A DNA stretch of 64,000 nucleotides from Octopus sinensis. Taxonomy: Eukaryota. The DNA lies in NCBI RefSeq assembly GCF_006345805.1, contig NC_043000.1, positions 118,420,001-118,484,000 of the forward strand, in the 5' to 3' direction. The position numbers and the translations under genes are program-made. The notes beneath the pieces were generated by a model, which did no database searches, had not been told where the DNA came from, and saw only the letters and a list, made by a program, of their open reading frames with translations. Position 1 is the stretch's first letter, and each line of letters begins with the position of its first letter. This document shows positions 51,716 to 64,000 of this stretch, piece after piece.

Positions 51716-52823
51716 CAAAATAACTGAAAAGTGGGTTTGTTGGTTGGTAAGTTGGATAGTTGGTTGGTTGGTTGGGCGGGCGGGCGGGTGGGTGGTTGTT
51801 TCAATGATTTATCTAGTCATGCTTTTCGGAGACGAGAATGTAAAACAGATATATTGTGATTGTCAACATAAAAGGTGCAAGATGAATGCTTCGTGGGAGG
51901 CAATAGCAAAAGAACGCTACAAACACTCGCGCATCAAGAGAGACTGAATCATAGACGCTGAGGAGGAGGAAGAGGAGGAGAAGTAGGAGAAGTAGGAGGA
52001 GGGTATGTCAAATGACAAGAGTTGTTATGGCGAATAACTATGCACATCTGTGTGTCAAACGAAAGATGTGCGTTGGTGTGTGTGAAGCAGACTAACAGGT
52101 TTTTTTTTTCTATTATTTTAAATTCCGAGTAACATATATACATACGCATACAACATATGTAACTCGGTATACACATTATTGGGGAAATACATTCTTAGTT
52201 TATTTCCTCGTTTATATTCTAAAAGTAAAAAAAAAAAATATTGTTGAAAATAAAATTACTTTCCGTTTGGATATTATATCAGGGAGGTTCACACACACCA
52301 ACACACAATTACACACACATGCACACTTTCTCACCCTTCTCTCTTTCTTTCACCCCTCTCCCTCCCACAAGTACCTTTATATTTATATGGGTATGGAGAG
52401 AGAAAGAGAGAGAGGAGGGGACATGGGAAGGGGAAGAGAAAGAGGGAGGGAGAGAGTAAAAGAGAGAAAGACAGACAGACAGGTAGAGAGAAGGGCAAAG
52501 AGAGAGGCAGGGAGAGAGAGAGAGAGAGTCAGGCATATCAACAGTTTGGTGCCTCAGCACCTCTTGTGATTCTTAGAATTTTCTGAAAAATACACATTTT
52601 TAAAATAAAATTTAGAAATAGGTTTTTGAAAGGAGATGTTTTGATTCCCTTGATAAAATTAGAAAAATAATTTTTAGAACGAGTTTTTGGCCCATTCCCT
52701 ATTTCATACTTCACTCTGTTACCACAGATTTCGGTAACTTTAGCACTTTCAGTTTTCTTTCATTTGTGAAATATCAACATTCTCAAAAATGTGTTTCTGT
52801 AAAATATCCTTTAAAAATATGTA

Positions 52824-53240
52824 TGGCTGTGTGGTAAGTAGCTTGCTTACCGACCACATGGTTCCGGGTTCAGTCCCACTGCGTGGAAACTTAGGCAAGT
52901 ATCTTCTACTATAGCCTCGGGCCAACCAAAGCCTTGTGAATGGATTTGGTAGACGCAAACTGAAAGAAGCCCGTCGTATATATATGTATATGTGTGTGTG
53001 TGTGTATGTGTGTGTGTGTGTGTGTGTTTGTGTGTGTCTGTGTTTGTACTCCAAACATCGCTTGACAACCGATGCTGGTATGTTTACGTACACGTAACTT
53101 AGCGGTTCGGCAAAAGAGACCGATAGAATAAGTACTAGGCTTACAAAGAATAAGTCCTGGGGTCGATTTGCTCCACTAAAGGCGGTGCTCCAGCATGGCC
53201 ACGGTGAAATGATTGAAACGAGTAAAGGAATAAAAGAATA
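52824..53240 (+). mobile_element. SINE family B
   Basis: Well-preserved head, (TA)(TG) tract and tail. Confidence 0.88.
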
Positions 53241-53482
53241 ACGAAAATTACGAAGCAAAAAGAATGATCCAACACTCCTCTCAAATTTATTTTAATGTTA
53301 TCAACATAATTTTAATGTGCGTACAGGAAAAGTTAACCCAGCAAAACTGTATCAAAAAAATTGGGGTTTTTTTTTTGGAATGTAAAGAGGAAACAAACTC
53401 GGTGGGGGTGGGAGCACCAAACTGTAGATATACCACACACACACACATACACGTACACACACACAAACATGAAAGTTTGCTT

Positions 53483-53760
53483 CGCAGTCACATGGTACTG
53501 TATTCAATCCCACTGCGTCGCACCTTGGGCAAGTGTCCTTTAAATGTAGGTTTGGGCCAGCCAAAAACTTACGAATATATTTGGTAGACGGAAACTGAAA
53601 AAAAAAATTCGTCGCATACATGTGTGTGAACCCACCGATTGACAAACGGTGTTGGTTTGTTTAAGTCCCCGGAAACTAGCAGGGATTGATTCATTCGGCA
53701 AAAATTCTTGAAGACGGTGCACCAGCATGGCCGCAGTCTAATGACTGAAACAAGTAAAAG
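53483..53760 (+). mobile_element. SINE family B, diverged and deleted
   Basis: cttcgcagtcacatgg...ccttgggcaagtgtc...ccagcatggccgcagtctaatgactgaaacaag. Confidence 0.7.
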
Positions 53761-55227
53761 CTTACAAAATACCTCTAATCCCTCTTAACATTTTTGGTTT
53801 CTTTGAAGTTATACGTGTTAAATATTTTTCTTCTAATATTCTGATTTTCTTTGGCTGTTTCCTTATGCATTGTTTAACCATTTTGTCCTTGCATATTTCA
53901 TTCAGAATGACCGCAGTCTAATGACTGAATCAAGCAAAAGGTAAAAGATATAAAAATCCTCATGAGAGCCGGTTTCCCAGTTTCAATGGCGTATATCCTC
54001 TCCACCTAGACGGGACCCCGGTCCATCGCAGGATTACTCATTTTTGCAAGCTGACTGGACTAAAGCAATGTGAAATAAAGGGTTTTGCTAAAGACCGTCC
54101 AGGAATCCAAATCACAACCTTACGATCATGAGTCCAACACCTTAACCACTAAGCCACGCGCCTCCACTGTATATATATATATATATATATTGAACTGGCC
54201 ATTATGCATAAGTGCATATATATGCAGGTATACGTTCGTATATGTAAGTATTCGTATGTTGTATTTATATATATATATATATATATATAATTAATTAAGG
54301 GTAGAAATTGATATTTATCAATTAAGACCAGTGGTCTAGCATATTAAAAGAGAATCCGAAGATTAAAATATTTATATATACCAATTAAGGACTGAACACG
54401 AAAAGTGGACAGTCAACATGCTAGATATAGACGTCAAATCGCCATTCACCACAAAAGATTATGTTCTCAGATCAAACTCAACACAAAACCATAGCAATAA
54501 ACAAGTGAAAAATATACGAAATAAAATAATTACCCATGTACTAAATTAGTTTCAGCTGTTATTTTCCGCAAGGAAAACTGCAGCCATCATCAGCATGGTC
54601 CGTTATAAATGTAATTTGCTGGACTAGATGCAAACACGATACCGAGATATCGCGTGCATGGAGTTCAGCCTATTACATTTGAATATATCTTTCAAATGTC
54701 TCTACTTAGGCGCGTTGGAACCCGGGTTGGAACATACATGTGTGTGTCCTATTAGTTTGCATGTATATATATCCAATAATGTACAAAAATATACGGATTA
54801 TATATGTGGATTTCTTTTAGACATTTAGGCATTCCACAGGTCGAGTTAATATGCAGATTTAGGAGTTTAAAAAATAAAATTGAATTAACCAGGAGTGACG
54901 AGAGTGCAATCTGATAATTTGTTGCAAACAACCTTAAACGCAACCAATATATATAACGTCCATATATTTATATAACATGAGAACCGTACATATATTTCTA
55001 TTTAGGGGGAAAACAATCACATTAACGGGAAAACATGTCAGTCATTTACGAAGAAAATGAGATTTGCGAATAGTTTTAAGAGTCTCTAAAATCTATAACA
55101 CCAACTAAACTCATGAATATATTATGTGAATAAAGCAAGCCTCCGAATTACCTGCTCAGTGATGTTTGTACTGGGTATAGCATATTCAAACGGTATACCT
55201 CGGTTGCTATTTCTGAAATACTTCATA

Positions 55228-55712
55228 TTTATTTCTTTATTGCCACAGGGGCTAAACATAGGGTAAGTCGATTACATCGATTCCCCGTCCGTAACTGGTA
55301 CTTATTTAATCGACCCCGAAAGGATGAAAGGCAAAGTCGACCTCGGCGGAATTTGAACTCAGAACGTAACGGCAGACGAAATACCTATTTCTTTACTACC
55401 CACAAGGGGCTGGCTAAACACAGAGGGGACGAAATACGACTACGCATTTCGCCCGACGTGCTAACGTTTCTGCCAGCTCGCTGCTGCCTTGGAATAATAT
55501 TTTCTAGACTAGGCACAAAACCCGAAATTTTCGGGAAGGGGGCCAGCAGATTAGATCGACCTCAGTACGCAACTGGTACTCAATTTATCGACCCCGAAAG
55601 GATAAAAGGCAAAGTCGACCTCGGCGGAATTTGATCTCAGAACATAAAGACATATGAAATATTGCTAAGCATTTCGCCTGGCGTGCTAACGCGTCTGCCA
55701 GCTCACCGCCTT
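55228..55712 (-). mobile_element. SINE family A cluster, rearranged
   Basis: Bodies, linker and two heads (about 55485 and 55712). Confidence 0.8.
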
Positions 55713-56304
55713 GGAATAACAAATAATAAATACACAATTAGAAAACTAAAACTACAATCATAATATGTGATTTAATGTGATTAATTTTTCCTATGAAACT
55801 AAGATGTGAAAGAAAATTAATTTATTGTGAATTTTAGAATACTTTTCATTTGGAAAAAACTTTGACAGAAATTAAATTATATTTAACGAGAAAAACGTTC
55901 AGTCTATCTAGTGTGAAGGAAAGTGATCATATAACCACATTACTGTTGTGGTTGTATTCGTAATTGTGCATCTCAGATATGAAACTGAAGCGTCGTAAAA
56001 GAAAATAAAGATTATTTAATTTTGTAAATATGTTTTAAATACGATCATCGTAACTAGCTAAGTCGGTAGGATACTGGACAACTTGTGAGTGGGTGTCAAT
56101 TCATATATTGTTACTGGCAGTTTTATATCCATACCAAGAACACTTAACACTTGACCATCCAGTCCAACAAGTTAGCTTGCATGTGTGCTTAGGGGCACTT
56201 AAAAACAGTAGGAGCACAGTCAATTCATAAGTCATATGTAATTTCAGTGTTTCATTTAGCTCTTCCGAGCTGTAGAGTTAGAGAGGGCTGTTCTCTGCTA
56301 TATT

Positions 56305-56700
56305 CTTTCCTACTCTAGGCACAAAGGCCGAAATTCGGGAAGAGAAGGCCAGTCGATTAGATTGATCCCAGTACGCAACTGGTACTTAATTTATCGACCG
56401 TGAAAGGAAGAAAGGCAAAGTCGACCTCGGTGGAATTTGAATTCAGAACATAAAGACAAACGAAATACATATTTTTTTACCACCCACAAGAGGTTAAACA
56501 CAGAGGAGACAAACAAGGACAGACAAACGGATTAAGTCGATTATATTGACCCCAGTGCGTAACTGGTACTTAATTTATCGATCCCGAAAGGATGAACGAC
56601 AAAGTCGACCTCGGCGGAATTTGAACCCAGAACATAAAGGCAGGAAATGCCGCTAAGAATTTCGCCCGGTGTGCTAACGATTCTGCCAGCTCGCCGCCTT
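56305..56700 (-). mobile_element. SINE family A dimer (head-body-linker-body-tail)
   Basis: Tail ctactctaggcacaaagg at about 56310, head at 56700. Confidence 0.85.
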
Positions 56701-57304
56701 TGGTCTCTGCCATATCGTTTTACTTCAAATAAGCTACACTGCTCCGCCACATTGCTTTACATCAAATAAAGATGAAGAATTAATAGTAAACTGGTATTTC
56801 ATTGATTAATATGATATCCCACCACCTTATTCAAGGCACCATATGGTAGACAGTTATTTTCAACTATATTTTATGCAGAAGGTGGGTAGCCTAGTGGTGA
56901 GGATGTTGCAATCATAACCATAAGATCGTGGTTTCGATTCCAGGGACAAGCAGTGCATTGTGTACTTGAACAAAACATTTCATTTCATTATTTACATCAT
57001 TCTCATCTCTTGTACATAATTGTACATAATTCCTCACCTCTTAAATATAGAATTTCAAGTCATGTTACTCCAGTCCCCGATGTTGTAAGCGAGCTACCCT
57101 ACGATGGACTCGCGTCCCGTTCAGGGAAGAATTCTTTGATTTCGAACACTTGTAGACCATAAAAACCAGGCAAGTGACATGAGTGCTGAGGCTCGAGACG
57201 GTAATGCCCACTTGTTGTCATTGCTGTTGTCTTCTTCTTCTTCTTCTTCTTCTTCTTCTTCTTCTTCTTCTTCTTCTCTTCTTCTTCTTCTTTCTTCTTC
57301 TTCG

Positions 57305-57516
57305 TCTTTTACTTGTTTCAGTCATTTTACTGTGGCCATGCTGGAGCACCGCCTTTAGTCGAGCAAATCGATCCCAGGACTTATTCTTAGTAAGTCTAGT
57401 ACTAATTCTATTGGTCTCTTTTGCCGAACCGCTAAGTTACGTAAACACACTAGCATCGGTTGCCAAATGATGTTGGGGGGGGGGACACAGACACAGAAAT
57501 ACACACACACACACAC

Positions 57517-57560
<44 letters not shown>

Positions 57561-57706
57561 GGCGGACTTCTTTCAGTTTCCGTCTACCAAATCAACTCAC
57601 AAGGTTATAGCAGAAGACACTTGCCCAAAGTGCTAAGAAGTGGGACTGAACCCGGAACCATGTTGTTGGTAAGCAAGCTACTTACCACATAGCTACCCCT
57701 ACACCT
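57305..57706 (-). mobile_element. SINE family B abutting a (TTC)n tract (57230-57303)
   Basis: Standard tail, microsatellite and head. Confidence 0.85.
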
Positions 57707-58460
57707 ATATATATATATAATGTATATATATATATATAATATATATATATAATATATATATAATATGTATGTATATATGTATACATATATGTATATATAT
57801 GTATATATGTATTATATATGTATACATATATGTATATATATGTATATATATATATGTATATATTATATATGTATATTATATATATATATGTTTATATATA
57901 TATATGTATATATATATATGTATATTATATATATATATGTTTATCTATGTATATATATATATGCATGTATATATGTATATATATGTATGTATATATATAT
58001 ATATATATGTACATATGTTTATGTATGTATTCATATGTATATATATATGTGTATATATATATTTGTATATATATGTATATGTATATGTATATATATGTAT
58101 ATAAGTATATATATATATATATATATATATATACGAACACACAAATATGCATATATATACACATATATAGATATTTTCAGGAGTGCGTGTGCACGCGCGC
58201 GTGCGTATTTTGTCTCAGAGAGGAATAAGATAGACATTATTAATGCTTTCTTTCATTTTTGCCGAATCAATTAAGTAAATACTTTTCATGTATTCATTTT
58301 GTACACTTTCAGCAGACCAAACATTAATTATTTTACCAAATCAAGCGTTCACATGGTAGCATCATTGAAGTAAGGTTCTGCTGTTAGTGAAGCAATAAGT
58401 CAAAGAGAAGTTATGGAGAGATAGAAAATGGAGAGAAAGCGCAAACAAGAGAAAGTGCAC

Positions 58461-58887
58461 GGGATCTTTTCGGTTTGAACGGCAGTTTTTAACAAAATTT
58501 CTAGGTAACTAAAAAATTTGAAACTTCGTATACTGGTAGAATGTGTTTATAAAACATCTTTTTCTCTTGGCTTTATTGAGAAAATTCTATAGTTTGTAAG
58601 ATATTTGTTGTTTTTTCCTTCAATTTCTGCAATTTCAACCAATCAGTGACGTCCATTGAGGTAAAAAACATTCTGTGCCGTATGAATATGTCCCTCGTTT
58701 AAGAAACAGATTGGGTTTATTTACATTTGTGAAGAAAAAAGATACCCTTCCCCCACCCCTTACCCTAACCCTAACTAACCTCAAAAACAGATTGAAATGC
58801 AATAGATTGATACTAGGGTCATAATTATGGGTGACAATTTCATATGACACCGCTAGAAAAAACTGCCGTTCAAACAGAAAAGATCCA
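58461..58887. mobile_element. 427-bp MITE with ~29-bp TIRs
   Basis: gggatcttttcggtttgaacggcagtttt ... aaaactgccgttcaaacagaaaagatcca. Flanks gtgcac and gcgcac. Internal taccctaaccctaac. Confidence 0.85.
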
Positions 58888-59212
58888 GCGCACGGATAGG
58901 TATGGCACGTTAGCTAGGTAAAGGGAAGCAAAGTGTGACGTGGGAGAGAAAAGGAGTTAGCTGACGAAGTAACTAGCGCTCTGTTATTTATGATGACGCG
59001 TGTCCCGCGTGACCGGATCAACGGAACGGCCTGATCGTGAAATCAACGTGCAAGTAGTGGAGCACTCCACATACATGTATACTCTGAACGTAGTTCTGAG
59101 AAAGATCCAGCGTGACGCAGGATATGACATGGCTTATTCAGTGAAATAAAGTTGTAATTCAGTTTTTCTAGTTGAGTGAAGTAAAGTGTCTTGATCAAGG
59201 ACAAAAAAAAAA

Positions 59213-59272
59213 GCGACTCTCCGGTAGTCGAACCTACGAACTTACGGTTATGAGCCGAATGCGCCTAACCAC
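59213..59272 (-). pseudogene. tRNA-Met(CAT)-like fragment, probably a SINE head
   Basis: gtggttaggcgcattcggctCATaaccgtaagttcgtaggttcgactacc..., followed by a T run. The 5' acceptor-stem part is missing here. Confidence 0.5.
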
Positions 59273-59339
59273 AAAAAAAAAGAAAAAAAGAAAAGAAAGA
59301 AAGAAAACAAGAACAGTTGAGAATACACACTATGTGTGA

Positions 59340-59376
<37 letters not shown>

Positions 59377-59726
59377 TATTTGTGTGTTCGTATATATATC
59401 TATGTTTATATAGATATATATATATATATACATATACACATACATGAACATATATACACATATATACATATATATATATATATATTTACACTAAACCACA
59501 CGCCTTCACACGTGACGAACTCAGAAAGGACAGAAAGGAAGGACAAGGTATTAAGGTATACTAGAAGGAAAGGTGTACAGCAGGCAAGAAGAAAGAAAGA
59601 AAGAAAGAAAGAATGAATGAATGAATGAATGAATGAATGAATGAAAGGGAGAAAGAAATGAAGAAAAAGAAAGGAAAGAAAGAAAGTAAGAAGGAAAAAA
59701 GAAAGAAAGAAAGAAAACAAGAACAG

Positions 59727-59899
59727 TAGGCACAGGAGTGGCTGTGTGGTAAGTAGCTTGCTTACCAACCATACAGTTCCGGGTTCAGTCCCACTGCGTG
59801 GCACCTTGGGCAAGTGTCTTCTACTATAGCCTCGGGACTGCCAAAGCCTTGTGAGTGGATTTAGTAGATGGAAACTGAAAGAAGACCGTCGTACATATG

Positions 59900-59962
<63 letters not shown>

Positions 59963-60178
59963 CTGTGTGGCTGTGTTTGTACCCCAACATTGCTTGACAA
60001 CCGATGCTGGTGTGTTCAGGTCCCCGTAACTTAGCGATTTGGCAAAAGAGACTGATATAATAAGTACTAGGCTTCTAAAGAATAAGTCCTGGGGTCGATT
60101 TGCTCGACCTAAAGGCGGTGCTCCAGCATGGCCGCAGTCAAATGACTGAAACAAGTAAAGAGAAAAAATAAAGAGAAA
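59727..60178 (+). mobile_element. SINE family B, full length
   Basis: aggcacaggagtggctgtgtggtaagtagc, (TA)(TG) tract, tail ...caagtaaaagagaaaaaataaagag. Confidence 0.9.
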
Positions 60179-61416
60179 ATACCAGTTGGTCTGTGTAAGA
60201 TGTCTGATTTTCAACAAGCAAAGGCAATACCTAAGGAATGGGGAACGTGGTGTAGCGTGAAGAAATAAATAAAATCCATCATAACAAAAGCGGTATCGGC
60301 AAAGAAACAAGCCACCGCCTGTGAATAAAGAAAAAAAAAGCATGTAAATACGTTCCTAAGGTCAGTTGTTCTCAACCGGGATCAATGTGACCCCTGGGAT
60401 TTTTTATAAGACTTTTAGGTGTCCAAGCAAGCAGAATAGCAAATTAGGCATCGACTAGTGCTTATTGTATCAACTCCGAAAGAATAAATGTCAAAGTCAT
60501 CCTCGATGGCATTTGAACTCAGAACGTGAAGAAGAACCGGACGAAATGCCGCCAAACATTTTGCTCGACATGTTAACGATTCCGCCATTTTGCTGCTATT
60601 AATAATAATGATTACTTATTTCACATCTTTTATCTTTTACCAGTTGCATTTCACTGGACTTTGGTCATTCTTGAGCACTGCCTTAAAGCAGATAATTGAA
60701 CAGTACTTACTTTCGACAGTGTTTATATTACCCATCTCCTTTGCAGAACTGCTAACTGGCTGGATCTTAAACAAAACAAAAACAGACTCTCAAGCGATGG
60801 AGGCCAAATACAAAAATATCTAACGCTATTGGTTTTGATATTTAAATATCAGTTCAATCGTTTAAAGTCTTGTCTTTATGAAATTTAACATATGGAAGCG
60901 AGTTCTTGAAAGTGGTAGTAGACGATACATCTCCAAGCAGTGTGCATTCAGCCGGCTTCTATCATCATCAAAGTCTCTAACCTATCGTTCTGTTTTCATC
61001 TTTTATCTCTCTCAATCTCCCTCATTCTCTCGCTGTATATACATATATGCACACACACTTGTTTATATATCCACACGCACATACAAATATATGTATGTAT
61101 GTATGTTTGTATGTATGTGGTTGTGTATGTATACATCAAACAAACTCAAAATTATGCATTGATCGAAGTATATGCCACAGTTTTTCAAAAACTTTAAAAT
61201 GTCTAACAGATCGAAGATGCAATGCTTCAAGGAGGGTAAATATATTGAGTGGGTTTCAAAATACTGAACCTAAATAGTGTAGACAAGTTAACACAATTAA
61301 TACTATGATAAAATAAAGTATGATGACAAATCTACAGTTGAATTCAAAGATTTGTCACGATGATATAATTAGTTATAGGTATAAGTCTACGAATGGGTTA
61401 ATATTTCTATATCATA

Positions 61417-61660
61417 AGGCGGTGTTCTGGCAGAAACGGTAGCACGCCGGGCGAAATGCTTAGCGATATTTCGTCTGTCTTTATGTTCTGAGTTCAAATT
61501 CCACCGAGGTCGACTTTACCTTTCATCCTTCCAGGGTCGATAAATTAAGTACCAGTTACGCACTGGGGTCGATCTAATCGATTTAATCCGTGTATCTGTC
61601 CTTGTTTGTCCCCTCTGTGTTTAGCCCCCTGTGGGTAGTAAAGAAATAGGTATTTCGTCT
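61417..61660 (+). mobile_element. SINE family A monomer with linker and junction start
   Basis: Ends aaagaaata|ggtatttcgtc at 61648/61649. Confidence 0.85.
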
Positions 61661-62742
61661 CAAGGAATTTCTAGTCGAACAAATCGACCGCGATATTTAT
61701 TTTTTTTGTTTTTGAATCTGGTGTTTATTCTATCGCTCTCTTTTGCGAACCACTATGTTGCGAGGACATAAATGTACCTACACCGGTTTGGGGACAAACA
61801 AACACAAATACACAGATGTTCGCACCCATACAGATGCTCTTTCTCTCCCCCTCTCTCTCTCTCTCTCTCTCTCTCACTCTTTTACTGCAACAAGTAAAAG
61901 AGTAAAAGAAAAGCAGTCCATCTTCTAAATATGTCTAGTATCTGTACAACACAAACTTTAGTGGCTTTGATTTCCGCATGACAACTTCTTCTTCCGCATA
62001 ACAACCTTCGTCATTCTTGGTTTAGCAAGGCGTGCAATGCTGATGGTACTGATGAGTTCTTCGATAGCACCGATTCCTTGAATAACTTGGTTGAATCCTT
62101 TGCTTCGTCAAATATATATTTTATGCCTTTATATTGATATTTATCTTTCGTTTTCCTTTCTGCTAACAATATATCCTTCAATTATTTAATAGTCAACAGT
62201 GTGCAGTGAAATACCGGAGTTTACATATTTATATTTTGTTTATTTCAGCATGATAAGCAAATTGGTAACTTATATCGTCTAATACACGCACATGCATATG
62301 TATGTGTATGTGAATACATACATGCATACGTATATGTATTATTATGCATATATATATATATACACACACACATACATATATATACATATATATATATACA
62401 TATATATACATATATACACATACATACTTAAATACATACATGCATATATATATGCATGTATGTATTTAAATATGTATGTATAATATAATGCATATATATG
62501 TATATGTATAAATAAATAGATACATATATTCACATATATACGGATATACATGTACATATGCATATTTACTTATATATACACAGATACACACACACTCACT
62601 CACACACACACACATATATATATGCATAGATGTATATTAACACACAAACTCTCACACACTCACACACATCATATATATATATATAACATATATTCACACA
62701 CGCGCCGCATATGCGTGCGCATATGCATGTGCATTTGTGGAA

Positions 62743-62777
<35 letters not shown>

Positions 62778-63414
62778 CATGTGTGTGTATGTGTGTGTGT
62801 GTCTGTGTGTCTGTACGTGTGCGTGCGTGTGTCTATTCTCAGACTCATAGTCATATCACTTAGATCTAGCGCTACATTATATTTCCAGATCCTTCACTGT
62901 ATAAACTGTAATATTGTGAGTATTATTTTGCTTGACGCAAGTATGTTTTGTGTGTTCAATGGTGGAAAATTTGACAGCAACAATCAAAAGAAGGTAAGAA
63001 GGAAACACTACGTTGAAATGGAAGATTTTACTCATGGTGGTATTACAGAAGATTTCATCGAATTGAAGAACTTCCTCGGAGACATTTGTATCGAAATTCT
63101 TGCTACGATGAAAACATTCAATTTTATTGATTCCTTTCTGTTGGTTTGACACTAGATCAAATTTGTGGAAGAAAAATATACTTGAATGATTGAAGAATGT
63201 TTCTGCCATTGATGCCAGAAGGACGTGGTCGGAACGAGTGAAATGTGAAATTAGGTTGGTGAAATCCCAATTACAAATGACCTTAACATACTCTAATTAT
63301 GGTAAACTTACTTATCGTATCGGGTTTGTTTTGCTGACCCACTAACTTTGGGGATGTCAAGCGGTGACTGGGACAGCAGAGTCACAAAGAAATACGTGTA
63401 TGTATGTACGTATG

Positions 63415-63475
<61 letters not shown>

Positions 63476-63635
63476 TATATGTATATATATATATGTACAT
63501 ATATGTATAAATATGTATGTATATGTATATGTGTATATATGTATGTATATACATGTCTATATAAATGTATATATATATATGTATATATAATAAAATATAT
63601 GTAAATATATATGTGTATATATATGTATATATGCA

Positions 63636-63712
<77 letters not shown>

Positions 63713-64000
63713 ATGTATAATATATATATATTAAATGTGTGTATAAGAGTGATCTGGGATTAAACTCTCGTTTCTAGCGTGATGGAAAACCACTTAGTGG
63801 CTTTCTCTCATTGCATAACTCATACACACACATATAAAAACATATATATAAACATATATATTTGTATATATTTATATATGTGTATATATGTGTGTATTGA
63901 TATATATATATATATATATGCATAATTGTGTATTTATATATATGTATATGTATGCTTATGTGTATATATATATCTATATCTATCTATCTATCTATCTATC

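Noticed and set aside
57765-58274. Long Y/I/M/C/H-rich ORFs here and at many other TA, TG and TACA tracts
   Set aside because: Microsatellite translations with no coding signal.
62941-63290. Mitochondrial insertion (one frame opens if TGA is read as Trp)
   Set aside because: The peptide resembles no mitochondrial protein I recognise, and a TAA stop remains.

Overview
This is AT-rich, repeat-saturated eukaryotic DNA. The SINE families and the very high density of (TA)n, (TG)n, (TACA)n, (AAT)n and (GATA)n repeats point to an Octopus genome; that is my inference from recalled repeat families, not a search. Only one host gene is supported: the last two coding exons of an organic-anion-transporting polypeptide (SLCO/OATP) on the + strand (915-979 and 2560-2843). 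The other ~61 kb contains no exon I can support and is made of transposon debris. That debris includes three tRNA-derived SINE families (one in 184-bp tandem arrays, one carrying an internal microsatellite), two Penelope-like retroelement remnants, restriction-like-endonuclease (RLE), RTE and CR1-like LINE ends, two mariner derivatives, a Tc2/pogo fragment, a non-autonomous Helitron, MITEs and fold-back palindromes. The most interesting signals are (i) degenerate hammerhead-ribozyme cores, one in a Penelope 3' region and one fused behind a tRNA-like head, (ii) different retroelement families each sitting in their own microsatellite class, and (iii) a conserved GTCGA-N5-TCGAC hairpin shared by two SINE families. 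There is a 100-N gap at 5320-5419. Most ORFs in the supplied track are translations of microsatellites.
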